64,000 nt of DNA, from assembly GCA_964016885.1 (NCBI GenBank), contig OZ024742.1, positions 275,900,001 through 275,964,000 on the forward strand, read 5' to 3'. This DNA comes from Eledone cirrhosa (taxonomy: Eukaryota). Below the pieces are notes generated by a model. The model had not been told where the DNA came from and ran no database searches. It worked only from the letters and a program-made list of their open reading frames with translations. Below, one piece after another: positions 26,765 to 39,180 of this stretch (within the stretch, counting starts at the first letter, position 1; each line of letters starts with the position of its first letter). A program made the position numbers and the translations under genes.

Positions 26765-26821
26765 GTAATAACTAACAACTGTTTCATCCTAGCACAAGGC
26801 AGATATCTTCAGAGTTATTAC
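26765..26821 (-). ncRNA. Minimal type I hammerhead ribozyme (Penelope-like)
   Basis: Minus strand: GTAATAACT-CTGAAGA-tatctgccttgtgctaggat-GAAA-CAGTTG-TT^AGTTATTAC; perfect 9-bp stem I and self-complementary stem III. Confidence 0.72.
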
Positions 26822-27771
26822 AAAAAGTTAAATACAAATGTTGTATCAAAACTTTGCTTCAGGAACATTTGGAGGATACATATTATGAGATGTTAGATAA
26901 GAGCAAGTATTAATATTTATATAAGGTAGTTATATAAGTTACTGAGAGAAGTGGATGGTTTATAATAGGTGTATTATAGTGGTATGTGGGGATATCAAAC
27001 TTGAATCTGATTATTGTATAATGAAATATTTTCTGTTATGTTTGTGTATATATTTCTAACATCTGATTTAAAAGAATACATTTCTCGGTTATGTATTCAT
27101 AATGTAAAATATTACCATCCTTTTAAGTCTGCTTTCCCATACTTACATGGTTTGGATGGAACTTTTCCAGTTGTTGTGTTCCTTTGTCATCTACTCTGTC
27201 AGATGCAGTATTTTAAAATTTGCTATCATCACTTCTGCCCAGGTCTGCCTCCACTGCAGTTTCCTTCCACTCAGATTTCTTCACCCAGTGATCACCATCT
27301 GTACATATAATGTATCAATACCTACACAATTCTCTCTCTTATACACTGCATCTGATTTCTTTTATACACATCCAATTAATCTATGATTCGAGAAATATGT
27401 TAGATAGAAAACAAATATGTATTGTGAAAGAATAATTTTATTAAAAATATCACAATGGTAAATTATCTCACCAACGTAGATATATTTGTAGTTATACAAA
27501 AGATAGTTTTAGAAAGTTATTATCAAACATTGTGATATCTTCTTTTTTATAGAATGACTTTTGACATTGATATGGTTATAGTTCTATATTAATATAAAAA
27601 TGTGTATTAAGAGACATTTTTTACAGTATGATTTACCACATATCCAAACACTTAGAAAGTAGATATTAAACAATGATGATGATGATGAAAATGTCATAGC
27701 TTCTCTCCAGTATGAACACATGTATTTAGTTAAAACACAATTTCTAGAAAATATCAGAGTGATATAGATTT

Positions 27772-29805
27772 TCAAAGATCTCCCACAATATGCATGTGCT
27801 TGTGTTTAGTTAGGGCATTATCTTCAGAGAATGATTTACCACAGATATCACAGCAATATGGCTTTTCGCCTGTATGAATACGTTTATGTATAATTAAGGT
27901 ACTATTTCGAGAATATGATTTACCACAGATATCACAGGGGTATGGCTTGTCTCCTGTATGAATATATTTGTGGGTTGTTAAATCACTACTTTGAGAAAAC
28001 GATTTACCACATATGTCACAGTGAAATGGCTTCTCTCCTGTATGAGTACGTATGTGATTTGTTAAAGGAGTTTTATCAGAGAATGATTTACCACAAATGA
28101 CACAGTGATATGGTTTCTCACCTGTGTGAATGCGTTTATGTCTAGTTAAGACATTTGTATGAGAGAATGACATGCCACAGATATCACAAAGATACAACTT
28201 ATCTTTTGTATGAACACGTTTGTGTTTAGTTAAGTCACCATTTCGAGAGAATGATTTACCACAGACATCACAGTGATATGGCTTTTCTCCTGTATGAATA
28301 CGTTTATGTCTGGTCACACAAAAATTTCGAGGGAATGATTTCCCACAGATATCACAATGATATTTTCTTAAGCCCGTGTGAATACTTTTGTGAGCTCTCA
28401 AGCTAGATCTTTGACGGAATGATTTACCACAGATATCACAGCAATATAGATTTATGCCTGCATGAATGTTTTTGTGAGCTCTCAAGGTAGCTGTTTGAGA
28501 GAATGATTTACCACAGATGTCACAGTGATATGGCTTCTCTCCTGTATGGATACAGTTATGTAGAGTTAACACAGTATTTTGTGAGAATGATTTCCCACAA
28601 ATATCACAGTGATATGGCTTCTCTCCTGTATGAATGCATTTGTGATTAGTTAAGGTACCACCTTCTGAGAATGACTTACCACAGATGTCACAGTGAAATT
28701 GCTTTTCTTGGGAATGAAGAAGTTTGTGCTTATATAAGTTAATTCTTGCAGGGAAAGATTTACCACAGATATCACAGTGAGATGGCTTCTCTCCATTATG
28801 GCTACGTTTGTGTATAGTTAAACTACTTCCTGTAGAATAGGATTTACCACAGATATTACAGTGATAAGGCTTCTCTCCTGTATGAATACGCTTGTGTGTA
28901 GTTAATTTACTCTCTTTAGAAAATGATTTACCACAGCTGTCACATTGATACGGCTTCTCTTCTGAATGGATGCGTTTGTGTATAGTTAATTTAATATTTG
29001 TAAAGAATGATTTACCACACATGTCACAGTGATATTGCTTTTCTCTTGAATGAAGGAGTTTGTGCTTATATAAGTTACCTCTTACAGAGAAAGATTTACC
29101 ACAGGTATCACAGTGATATGGCTTTTCTCCTGTATGAGTGCGTTTGTGTATAACTAATTCACCACTTCCAGAGTAGGATTTACCACAGATATCACAGTGA
29201 TATGGTTTCTCTCCTGTATGAATTCGTTTGTGTTTGGTTAAGTCACCACTCTGATAAACAGATATACCACAGATATCACATTGATATGGCTTTACACCTG
29301 TATGCAACTGTTTGTGTTTCTTTAAGTCTGCATTTCGAGAAAATGATTTACTACAGATGTCACAGCAATATGGTTTTATGTCTGTATGAATGCTTTTGTG
29401 AAATGTCAAGTGAGATTTTTGGGAGAATGATTTACTACAGATATCACAGTGATATGGCTTCTCACCTGTATGAGTACGTATGTGTATAATCAAGCTTCCA
29501 TTTTTAGAAAATGTTTTACCACAGATGTCACAGCGATATGGCTTCTCTCTTTGATGGGTATGTTTGTGTTTAGTAAAATGACTATCTTCAGAGAATGATT
29601 TACCACAGATATTACAATTGTATGGCTTTTCTTCTGTATTAGTATGTTCATGAGAATTCAGTTTATATTTTTTGGACAATGATTTGTCAGTGATATCATA
29701 ATAGTATGATGTTTTTACTATTTCATTCACTACCTCACTAGAGTAATCATTTCTTTCGGACTCCAATTTAATCTTAACCTGTTTCTCCCATAATTCATTT
29801 TCCAT
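27772..29805 (-). CDS. C2H2 zinc-finger protein, 677 aa, 22 tandem fingers, no recognisable effector domain
   Basis: Intact ORF of CxxC-x12-HxxxH repeats with TGEKPY linkers; splice acceptor at 29891; AATAAA on the minus strand at ~27437-27442. Confidence 0.95.
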   Translation of the reverse strand: MENELWEKQVKIKLESERNDYSSEVVNEIVKTSYYYDITDKSLSKKYKLNSHEHTNTEEKPYNCNICGKSFSEDSHFTKHKHTHQREKPYRCDICGKTFSKNGSLIIHIRTHTGEKPYHCDICSKSFSQKSHLTFHKSIHTDIKPYCCDICSKSFSRNADLKKHKQLHTGVKPYQCDICGISVYQSGDLTKHKRIHTGEKPYHCDICGKSYSGSGELVIHKRTHTGEKPYHCDTCGKSFSVRGNLYKHKLLHSREKQYHCDMCGKSFFTNIKLTIHKRIHSEEKPYQCDSCGKSFSKESKLTTHKRIHTGEKPYHCNICGKSYSTGSSLTIHKRSHNGEKPSHCDICGKSFPARINLYKHKLLHSQEKQFHCDICGKSFSEGGTLTNHKCIHTGEKPYHCDICGKSFSQNTVLTLHNCIHTGEKPYHCDICGKSFSQTATLRAHKNIHAGINLYCCDICGKSFRQRSSLRAHKSIHTGLRKYHCDICGKSFPRNFCVTRHKRIHTGEKPYHCDVCGKSFSRNGDLTKHKRVHTKDKLYLCDICGMSFSHTNVLTRHKRIHTGEKPYHCVICGKSFSDKTPLTNHIRTHTGEKPFHCDICGKSFSQSSDLTTHKYIHTGDKPYPCDICGKSYSRNSTLIIHKRIHTGEKPYCCDICGKSFSEDNALTKHKHMHIVGDL

Positions 29806-30284
29806 AATATCTCTTTTTTTTAATCTATTCTGTAGATGTTAAATATAGATGATGCATCTGATGGAAAGAATTCTTTAATTCCAATGTCATCTGAAATAAT
29901 AAAGAAATTCTATAAGATATATAGGATATTTGAAATGTAGAGATTCAACAATGGAAAGTTTACTACGTTCTATACTAATAAACTAAAGATATAAACATTT
30001 ACCTGAAGAATTGAAAATTAGCTTTATTGAAAGAAGCAGAATCACTGGAGCTTTAGGAGATAAATTATTTTTTTCTGTTAATGAGATACCACCTTGATAG
30101 AATTTTTATTTAATTATATCACCCAACTATTTATCTGTTTCCATATGTTTGTGAGGTGAACTGCTTAACAAGACAGTCATACCTGCCCCTATATATCATT
30201 CATGATCAGAATAAGTAATGTTCAGTTTCTTTACCAGACTTTATTTTCTTTCAAAATAAACTTACCTAAAGCTGCCTGAACATA

Positions 30285-30445
30285 TTTTGACTTAATAATA
30301 CCAAAATCAACTTTAAATGTTTTGATTTGATAATACCAAAACTGTCTGAAATTCTTTTGACCTAATAATACGAAAACTGCCTGAAATCTTTTTGACTTAA
30401 TAATACGAAAACTGTTTAAAAACATTTTGGTTGCATAATACCAAC
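30285..30445. repeat. ~35-bp minisatellite TTTTGACTTAATAATACCAAAACTG...
   Basis: About 5 units here, about 2 at the paralogous site (~47915-47980). Confidence 0.8.
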
Positions 30446-30529
30446 CCAGGTGAAATTACCTATTCATATTTAGATGAGAACATCAATGTGAATCTCATTA
30501 GTACTTCTGTGAAAACATGCAATCTTCCT

Positions 30530-31450
30530 AGAGAAACAATTCTCAGAATTATTCCAATAATTTTCATCCCAAAACTTTTGGATATTTTTCTTCCACATTG
30601 AAATTTGAAAATTTTCAGTTACTGTTTACATTTTTAAAAATTAATATCAGCCTGATATTCATGAAAAGTAATACACAATTTGACAGTTTTATGAAAGAAG
30701 CTGAAAAAAAAACAAGTGAAGACTGTAAGTAAAATCACATGGGAAATTTTGAATCAGATATATGAATTACAAAAGTGATAGTGACTCAGATAAGGAAAGT
30801 AATATTTAGTAAGAGGAATGGGGAGAAAATGTGGAAGAGAACACTCTTCAAGATTTTTCTGAAGTGTCAGGACTTCACCACAATCTTTCAAATGATAGGA
30901 TGGCATGGTTTAGATAAGTCAGATAAATTTCAAACAATATATGTCAAACAAGCCCATTAAGTGGGAGTTCAAAGTCTAGAAAATTTGTGAATCATGTACT
31001 GAACATTGTTGCAGATTTATTTTTGATACAGGAATAAGAGACAGTGTTCCAAGTTAGTATGGCCTAGGGTTTAATGTAGTCTGGAAATTATCACTTCCAT
31101 ACCATAACCAAGACTAGATATTATATTTTAACCAGTGTTTCAGTTCAGTAGATCTTGTGACGGATTTAGAAGCTGTAGGCACAACTTATGTTCTATATTC
31201 TTGTGCTTAAACCACATATGGATGTAAATGGTAAACCATTTGTAAACCGAGATTGTAACAGTTTTATAGGTGATGTAGATCTGATGAATCAGATAATGAG
31301 TTATTACTTGGTTGGCAGACCAGGTAATAAGTAGTGGTAATACCTAGTTTGGTATATAGTAAATATAAGTATTGTAAATGCTTTTTTTACTATACAACAA
31401 ATTGCAAGGTACTCAAAAGCATTGCGACTGTCTCCCGTTTCTAGCAGATA
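30530..31450 (+). mobile_element. piggyBac transposase relic (paralog at ~48050-49120)
   Basis: KPIKWEFK; GLGFNVVWKLSLPY...FSSV; GDVDLMNQ...SYY, matching PGBD motifs. Confidence 0.75.
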
Positions 31451-31734
31451 TAGTATTGTGGTTCAGGGTAGGGTATTCTTGAAAAACTTGTCTGTTGAGG
31501 AAAAAGCAAAAGCCAGCAGATGAATGAATATTTCTCTCAATTCACCCAACCTAAAATAATGTCTCTTGATGAATATAATAACATACATGTAGAGTACAAC
31601 CTGAAGTAGCTCATGGGTGTCCCCACTCCACTCTTCAAAAGAGAGGGACATGATTGAAACAAGGAAGAAGTTCAGTCCATTTATGATGGCCAAATGTCTA
31701 ATGTTCTTTGTGGAGACTAGTATATGAGGTTTGG

Positions 31735-33075
31735 AAACATGATTGATAGTGGGATGATGAAGTTAGAAAGAGAAATTATGAGAAAAGAGAGAGTTTCAGA
31801 GAATGGCAAAGTGTGCGATATGGTAGCAGAAGAGATTACAAGATAGTCAAGAGGGCTGCAAAATAAAAGTGACAAGAATAGTTATTGAATGTATTGATGG
31901 CAACATAGAAAGCAATCCTGTTCTCAGACCTACGGAAGAGATAAGAGAGGAAGAAGTTGAGGAAGTATTGAAAAAGACAAGTTGAAGAACTGGAAGACTG
32001 CCAGGAGTTGTAAGAGATATGTTAAAGGCAGTGGGAAGTTGAGGTGTGAAGGATATGTTGGTGGTGAAAGAAGACCATAGTTCAATGGACAATGAGTTGA
32101 GTACTCTCATCCCTCTGTGCAAGGGAAAAGCCGATCTTTTAGACATTGGTTTGTATCAAGCAATTAAGTTATTGGAACATTAAATAAAGGTACTGGAAAG
32201 GGTTAGAGAAGAGGATAAGAGATCTGTATTAAGCCCATCATTACTTGTAGTTGGGATTGAAATACTGGCTTGAAGTGTAAAGAGAGGTTTCGTATGGGAG
32301 TTATTACACACAGGTGATCTGGTGTTAATAGCAGAGAGTATGATGTTGAGCTGGATCTTTGGAATGGTGTGAATATGGAAGGTGTGATAATGTTTTGTCT
32401 CCTTGAAGATGTTGAACAGAGCATATGGCTCAGATTCTGCTAGAGTATCTAGAGTGTAATGTGAATGGATGATGTTCCGGAAACTAAGTAGCGTGCTAAT
32501 GAGGAAGGGAGTGTCACTGAAACTGAAGGGAAAGGTGTAATGTTCATATGAGAAGTGCTATGATATGTAGGAGTGACTCATGGGTGATGAAGATGGAGCA
32601 AGATAAAGCTGGAAAGAACAGAAATGAGGATTTTTGCAGAGATAGAGGAAGACAAGCAATGAATTGCAGAGGATTATGAGAATAAAACCAGTGACAAATG
32701 TTATAAAGAGAAATGGAAGGAGATGGTTGGGTCATGTGTTGAGCATTGTTGAGAGAGAATGGAGGAGAGGATGATGGAAATAAAACCAGTGAAGAATGTG
32801 AAGAGAAATGGAATGAGATGGTTGAGTCATGTGTTGAGCATTGATGAAAAAGAATGAGTGAGAGGATGATGAAAATAAAGCCAGTGACGAATGTTGTAAA
32901 GAGAAATGGAATGAGATGGTTGGGACATGTGTTGAGGAAAGATGAAAATGACTGGATGAAAGAAGTGATGGAAATGAATGTAGAGGAAGGAGTAGACCTA
33001 GACATGGCTAACAAAAAAGGAGGAAACAAAAGCTAGGGATTTGGTGAGGAAGGATGCAAAGCTAATTCCTGCTTT
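31735..33075 (+). mobile_element. Decayed RTE-like LINE (longer paralog at ~49120-51360)
   Basis: YRAINLLEHEIKVLERV; MRWLGHVLRK; internal tandem duplications. Confidence 0.75.
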
Positions 33076-33583
33076 AACAGGGAAGATGTTATTAAACATG
33101 TTATTTACTTGTAATTTTAATTGACCTGCAAAGTAAGTAGTAACATTATGATTAAGGAATCATTATTGTGTATATTTATGTATGTGTAAATCTATTTCAT
33201 TTTGTAGTTTATTATGTGTCTGTCAATTTATTTCATTTTGTAAGTATTCTTCAAACATAATCTTGACAAAGGGCAATAACCCAGAAACAATATTGTCGAT
33301 TGTTTCTCTCTGTCACTGCTAGAACAAAAGGATGACATGATCATCTAATAAACATAGCATAATGAGGCTGTTTACTTGCAAACGAATCAATTATTATTAT
33401 TATCATTCAATATAAAACTCACAAATACACTTTATTAGCTTTGTAATGCACCTGTTTTATATACACTCAAGTTCAATTAAAAATTCAATGTGTTCAATTC
33501 TTCAATATTACAATTATGTTATACACCCAGTTGGATATTGGCTAATAATTCATTTCGTAAGGTGATATTCCAGTAAAATTTAC

Positions 33584-33645
33584 CTGTAATCAGAGCAGTT
33601 GTATAACAAATTTATTTAATTACCTTTTGTTAATTTGGAGAAAAC
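33584..33645 (-). other. Putative non-coding exon 2 of ZNF-A (paralog ~51843-51905)
   Basis: Flanked by TTTTGACAG acceptor and CAG/GTAA donor, conserved in both units. Confidence 0.4.
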
Positions 33646-33944
33646 CTGTCAAAATTCTTGCTTATTTTAGAATTTAACTGGCATACATATACAATGTATT
33701 TTAGTTAGAAATCTACTAAGAAAAAGGCTAACAGAGGTATTGCTACAATAGATCCCATCATCTTCCACCCTATGTGCACCTAGTACACTCTGTGAAGTGG
33801 CAGTACTGGTACATGGAAAAACTGATGTAAAATAAGCATCAAAGATGATCATCCTAATTTAATATCTGTTTTCACTGTTAGTGAGGGACATCAGGCTTTT
33901 TTGGCAGAATCTTAATTTTATATTTTAAATTATATAATTAAATC

Positions 33945-34965
33945 ATCCTGCTAATTATGAACCTGCTGTGGAAGGTTGTGCAGCAGTATGGGAATGATGG
34001 TCAGCTTCTTGCTGCCCTGATGTCTCTATACAAATGCCCGAACATTTGTGTTGGGAGAAATGGTGCTAAATTGAAACCATTCAATGTGGGAGTCGGACTC
34101 CACCAAGGATGCATACTGTCACCTCTCCTCTTCATTATTTGCATGAACAGGATTGCCATGTGCAACTGTGTTGGAAGTTGTATTATGACTGGGAGGTGTA
34201 AAATCTGTTGGCTGCAATTTGCAGATCACAAACTGTTACTTAACTCGACAGATGATGATCTTCAACTTGCACTTGATAGGTTTGATGCCGAGTGCTGCAT
34301 AGCTGGAATGAAAATCAGTGCTGTGAGATACTCGTCCTCTCAAAGAAGCCTGTGCAGTGCACTCTACATGTGAATGGAGTTCCACTGAAGCAGATAGAGA
34401 AGTTTAAGTATCTTGGGGCTGTATTCAGAAGTGATGGAAGGCAGGAGGCTTAATTAAGTGTAAGAATTACAGGAGCTGGTGCTGTAGATTTAGTACTCAG
34501 TAATCAGAAGGGAGGTAGTCATAAAAGGCGAACTTGCTATCTTCAATTCAGTATTCATGCCAACATTTACCTATAGTCATGAATCATGGGTAATGATTGC
34601 GAATACAAGCGGCAGAAATGGTATTCCTCCGAAAGGTCTTTTAAGTAATGTTACTTGATAAAGTGTAAAGCTAGGAGATCAGAGAGTCACTCTAGGAAGA
34701 GCTGCTACTTCGAATTGAGAGATCACAGCTCCGATACCATGGGCATTTGGTTAGAATGTCACAGGAAAGAATTGTTGGACTAACTTTATGGGCAAAACCA
34801 ACTGGCGGGAGACCCAAAGCAAGATGGTTGGATAACATCCATGAGCTTGGTTGGATCCAGCCAGATCAGTTGGAGACAGTTGCTTCTGACAGGACCCGCT
34901 GGAAGGTGTGTTTGCAGACTCTGCCCCAACAACCCTCTCAGTTATAAGCGGGAGGAGGAACTAAT
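33945..34965 (+). mobile_element. RTE-like LINE 3' half, unit A only
   Basis: GLHQGCILSPLLF; FADH; FKYLG; GRPKARWLD. Confidence 0.85.
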
Positions 34966-34969
34966 AAGG

Positions 34970-35280
34970 GACCCCCTATATGGTCTTCCAACATACCACA
35001 AATAGCAGCCAAATCTCCCTCATATCACACTCCAGTCCTTCCTTCTCCTATGTCCTAATAACTAACAAGTCAGCTTCTACATACTACAAATAACAGCCAT
35101 CTCCCTCACATCACACTACAGCCCTTCCTTCAGCTATTTCCCCACTAAGTAACAAGGGAGTTTCTACATACTAGAAATAACAGCCAAATCTCCCTCCAGT
35201 CCTTCCTTCTGCTACTTCCCATTACCAAACAAGGGAGCTTCTACAAAATCTCCCAAGATACAAGAAATAATAGCCAAACA
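34970..35280. repeat. ~65-75-bp tandem repeat AAATAACAGCCAAATCTCCCTC
   Basis: About 4 units; about 3 at ~52360-52530. Confidence 0.7.
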
Positions 35281-35402
35281 AATAAAAGTTTCTACTGAGG
35301 AAAAGGAGATTAAAAGTTTTTATTTTTCTGTTAAAATTTTAAACCGTAAATAGTTCAAAACTGAATAGTTCTCCCAAAATAAGCGTAATTTTTTACACTT
35401 AC

Positions 35403-35500
35403 ACCCATCTCAAGTTGGAGCGAAAATATGTTTTTACTATTGCTGTTGATGTGCTTTGAACAAATATGGGTTTCAAACCTGTCGGAAGTTAGTTTTTTAT
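35403..35500 (-). promoter_or_regulatory. Putative first exon/promoter of ZNF-A (paralog 52649-52740)
   Basis: GTAAGT donor (35397-35402) and ETS-type CGGAAGT (35483-35489), both conserved in unit B. Confidence 0.4.
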
Positions 35501-36567
35501 GGTTTGTTTTGTTTCAGTTAATGTTATGGTTATTTTTTTTCCCATTCATTTCTTCATTATTTACCGTCCTCCTACCTTGCTAGCAAGTGTTGGACGGGTA
35601 ATTAGAATAATTTATTCAAAACATCCGATACATCGGATCGGTTGATTTTACTTTCATTTCAATGCAGTTATGCTTTATAGGGAATTTGCTGTCAATGATA
35701 CCCCAAGAAAAGATGATTGAATAAAGTAAACAACTAAAATGAATAAATACCTCGTATATATTACAGCTATTGTTGGGAAATCAGAAATGTTGGTTGGACG
35801 TGTTGTATTCTCTCTTCTCTTCCACACTCTTTCATTCTTCGCATGTATATATATAATATTATAGTAGATAAATATGACTACGTTACAATAACATTATATT
35901 TCATGCTTAATAGATAAATCTACAGATCGATGTGATTCGTTTGAAAATAACGCTGAAGAATTTTTAAAAAAAACGGCAAATGCAAAATGCAATCAATATC
36001 CTGTTGATCATGCGCATTAGTAAAATATCAGAAGACTAGGTTACAGACACACGTAGTTGAATGAGTGTGTGTATGTGGAGACATTGAGTATACCTATTTA
36101 TTAATATACTGAACCAGGGGGATATTGAGACCACATATTGGCAGACTCCAACTGTTAGAATATTGATCTTTGTATTGCTTTCGTGCTGCCCAGTGCGGCA
36201 CAGAACGCAGTGTGCATCGGTTACATGATGCAAGCAGGTTATTAAACTGTGTATCACAAGCTCCTGAACCGTAAATTTCTAAATAGATTACTCATAGACA
36301 GGGCTACCACAAAGGAAAGACATGTGCCACTGAGTGGTCTGTCTGCAAGCGCCCTTACGTTTTGCCTAGTCTCCTCTTTCCTTCTCGGTGAAGTGAAGTG
36401 ACGCGTCTGCTTTGCTGCCCTTCCTCCCACAGATGATGGGTGACTCATGCTTGCAGTTCTGAGACTTCTTTAGTGGTCCGTGGTCACGCTGGGTTTTGTC
36501 TCCTCTAGCTGATGTATTTTTTGCCACTTTTAGTATTATTTTGTTGGTTTCCACACTCATATTTCTT

Positions 36568-39055
36568 TTTTTTTTTTTTTGAAGAAGAAGAAGAAGAAGA
36601 AGAAAGTTATTATTTTTATTAGAGAAAAGCAATGAAGAATAACATGATGCTGAATGAAAACAAAATCAATATATACATACACACACACCGACCACAACTA
36701 AATATGGAATGATACACGATGGGGCCCCGCCACAGCCCCGGCGGTCAGAATGGAGAAGACGTTTCCCCGGAGGACAGCAAAGGAGACGCACTGGAAAAGC
36801 CTCTCCAACTCGCGGGGCTCAGACCTGCGGCTGGCCAGCTCAGCGCCTATTATGGTGAGTAGGGAGGTGGACCAAGGACACCAGAAGTCTCCACTGCCAG
36901 GGGTACAACCGCAAACCTGTCGGAGAGCGACCGGTATTTGAGGAGTTTAGCCTCCGCAGCCCGATGTGCAGCAGAACCCGGGTCAATCGCAGACTGCACC
37001 AGGTTGCGGCTGCAGAAAGTGTCGGAGGGGTTTACCACCGCGGAACGGGAAGGTGGTCATGCAATATGGCCTTTTGCCGTCCCCTCGGTCCAGCCCCACC
37101 GGCTCGAGCTGGGAAGGGAAGCCTGCAGCGTCCAAGCCATGCTTTATGACCTCGTTGAGGGCAGCATGGCATGGAAGGTGGCTGGCACTGTGGCGACAGG
37201 AAAGCGGGTGGAGGCTGAAAGGGTCCACGGTGGATCCGCAGCGACTTTGGTGTGGCTCGCATCTGGAGGCCAACGGCAATGCGCAGGCTATTATTGTCTA
37301 GCTGCGTGCCAGTGGAGTAGGAGGGCAGGGCAATTTACACAAACTTACAATTTCTGATCTTACTGTGGATTTACTCCTACCAAATATTACACAAACTCAC
37401 AGCCTTAAATTTTCAGCAGCAGCAGCATCAGAATGAAATGAACATCAAGAGGAACTACAACAACAACAACTTCAACTGCCACTACAATCACTGCCACCAT
37501 CCACCACCGGCGATCAGGCCTCAAGAAAACAACAACTATACAGCGATTGTCCCAGCGCATTGCTGGTGCCTTGTTTTGTCGGCTCCATGGGGTTAAAGGA
37601 CAGGGTTGATCTCGGCGGGATTTGGGCCCGGAGCGTGGAGGGCCGTAGCTCTATGCTGAACAATAACACACGGCTTCAATTATACAAACTCTTTCGTAAG
37701 TCAACAGTTGAACCCCCTGTTTTCTCCCCCCCCCCCTCCCTGTTTTTTTTTCTTTTGTACATTCATCCATTCACTCATTTATTTGCTATCACTCTACCTT
37801 CTTGCGTGTCCCTCTTCATGCATCCCCTTCTTTTCTCCCTTGTCTTCTGATGCCTCTATATCTGATGTAGGTGAGCTATGAGGCCTTCTTACCAGCACTT
37901 TCCCTTCCACCCTTCCACCCACACATCCAGGGACTCCAGGCACCTCATTGTGAAGCTTGACATGATGAATGCCTTCAACTGCTTATGCCGGGACCATCTG
38001 CTCGAACCCTGCCTCAGCTGAGCCCCCTCTGCTTACCCGCTGGCCTACCTGTCGTATGGAGCCCCGAGCATGCTCCTTGCTGCTGATACGGTCATACCTT
38101 CGGCCACTGGGGTCCAACAGAGCAACCCTTTGGGACCCCTCCTATTTGCCCTTGGTATAGACCACATCACCCGGAGTATCACGGCCCCTCTCAATGTTTG
38201 ATATCTGGATGATGCTACGTTGGGCGGGCCCGTACAGACTGTCTCCCATGACCTACAAACGGTGGTTCCTGCCCTGGCAGTAATCGGCCTCCAGGTCAAC
38301 TTGGCTAAGTCGGAGGTGGTGAATGTCAGCCACGATGCTGAGAGCTTTGCAGCCTCCGTCTCGGACGTGCGGTCCATTCTCCACCAGGTACAGGTGACCC
38401 CTAAAGAGTATGTCCTCATCCTAGGGTCACCGATCCACCCGCCGGCTATCCGCTCCACCATTAGGTCCAGGCTTCAACAACTCCAGACTCTCACGAGCCG
38501 ACTGGGCTTGATTGACGGCCACCCAGCCCTTTTTCTGTTGAGGAACTGCTTCGCCATGCCGAAGCTCCTCTATACCCTTCGCAGTACTCTGTGTTACACT
38601 CACACATCTCTCTACTCGCTGACCTCGATACTTGTATCCGAGAAGCAGCCGAGAAGATATGCAACGTCAAGTTTGACATCATTGGATGGCAACAGGCCAC
38701 TTTACCTGTCAGGTATGGCAGCCTTGGCCTCCGGTCCCCAATCTCACTGGCTTTTCCGGCGTATCTTTCGTCGGTAAACTCATGCCACGTCCTCGTCAGC
38801 AGGGTTCTCCAAAACAATAGAACCCTCTGTGTTCAGAGAACGTGAGGCCGCCCGTGAGACGTGGGACCAGCTGGGACTCAGCCCAGTAGACGCCCCTCCT
38901 CCTTCTCCCTCTGTTGACGTCAAGTTCCCCCAAAGCACTTGGGATGCCATCCAGTGCAGCCTGGCCTCAGACAGGCTCATGCACCAGCTTGACCAGCACC
39001 GCCTTGCCTGTTTTTGTGCGGCCTCCAAACCCCACAGTGGTGCCTGGCTCCATAC
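36568..39055 (-). mobile_element. CRE-clade (RT plus restriction-like endonuclease) retro-insertion with poly(A), 12-bp TSD and 5' inversion
   Basis: TSD CTCATATTTCTT at 36556-36567 and 39056-39067. Minus part: CCHC-like, EPVGLDRGDGKRP, PLAVETSG. Plus part: GVQQSNPLGPLLF, YLDD, LGLRS, HSGAWL. Confidence 0.88.
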
Positions 39056-39180
39056 CTCATATTTCTTAGGTGCATCACTGGCAGCATTTACTTCTTGACG
39101 TCAGCCATAGTGTAGATTAAATAAAAAATAAAGATAAATATTTCCCTTCTTTATCTTTGACTTTCTTTTTTTTATTTACA

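Noticed and set aside
27915-29489. Plus-strand ORFs overlapping the ZNF gene
   Set aside because: Antisense shadows of the 84-bp finger repeat.
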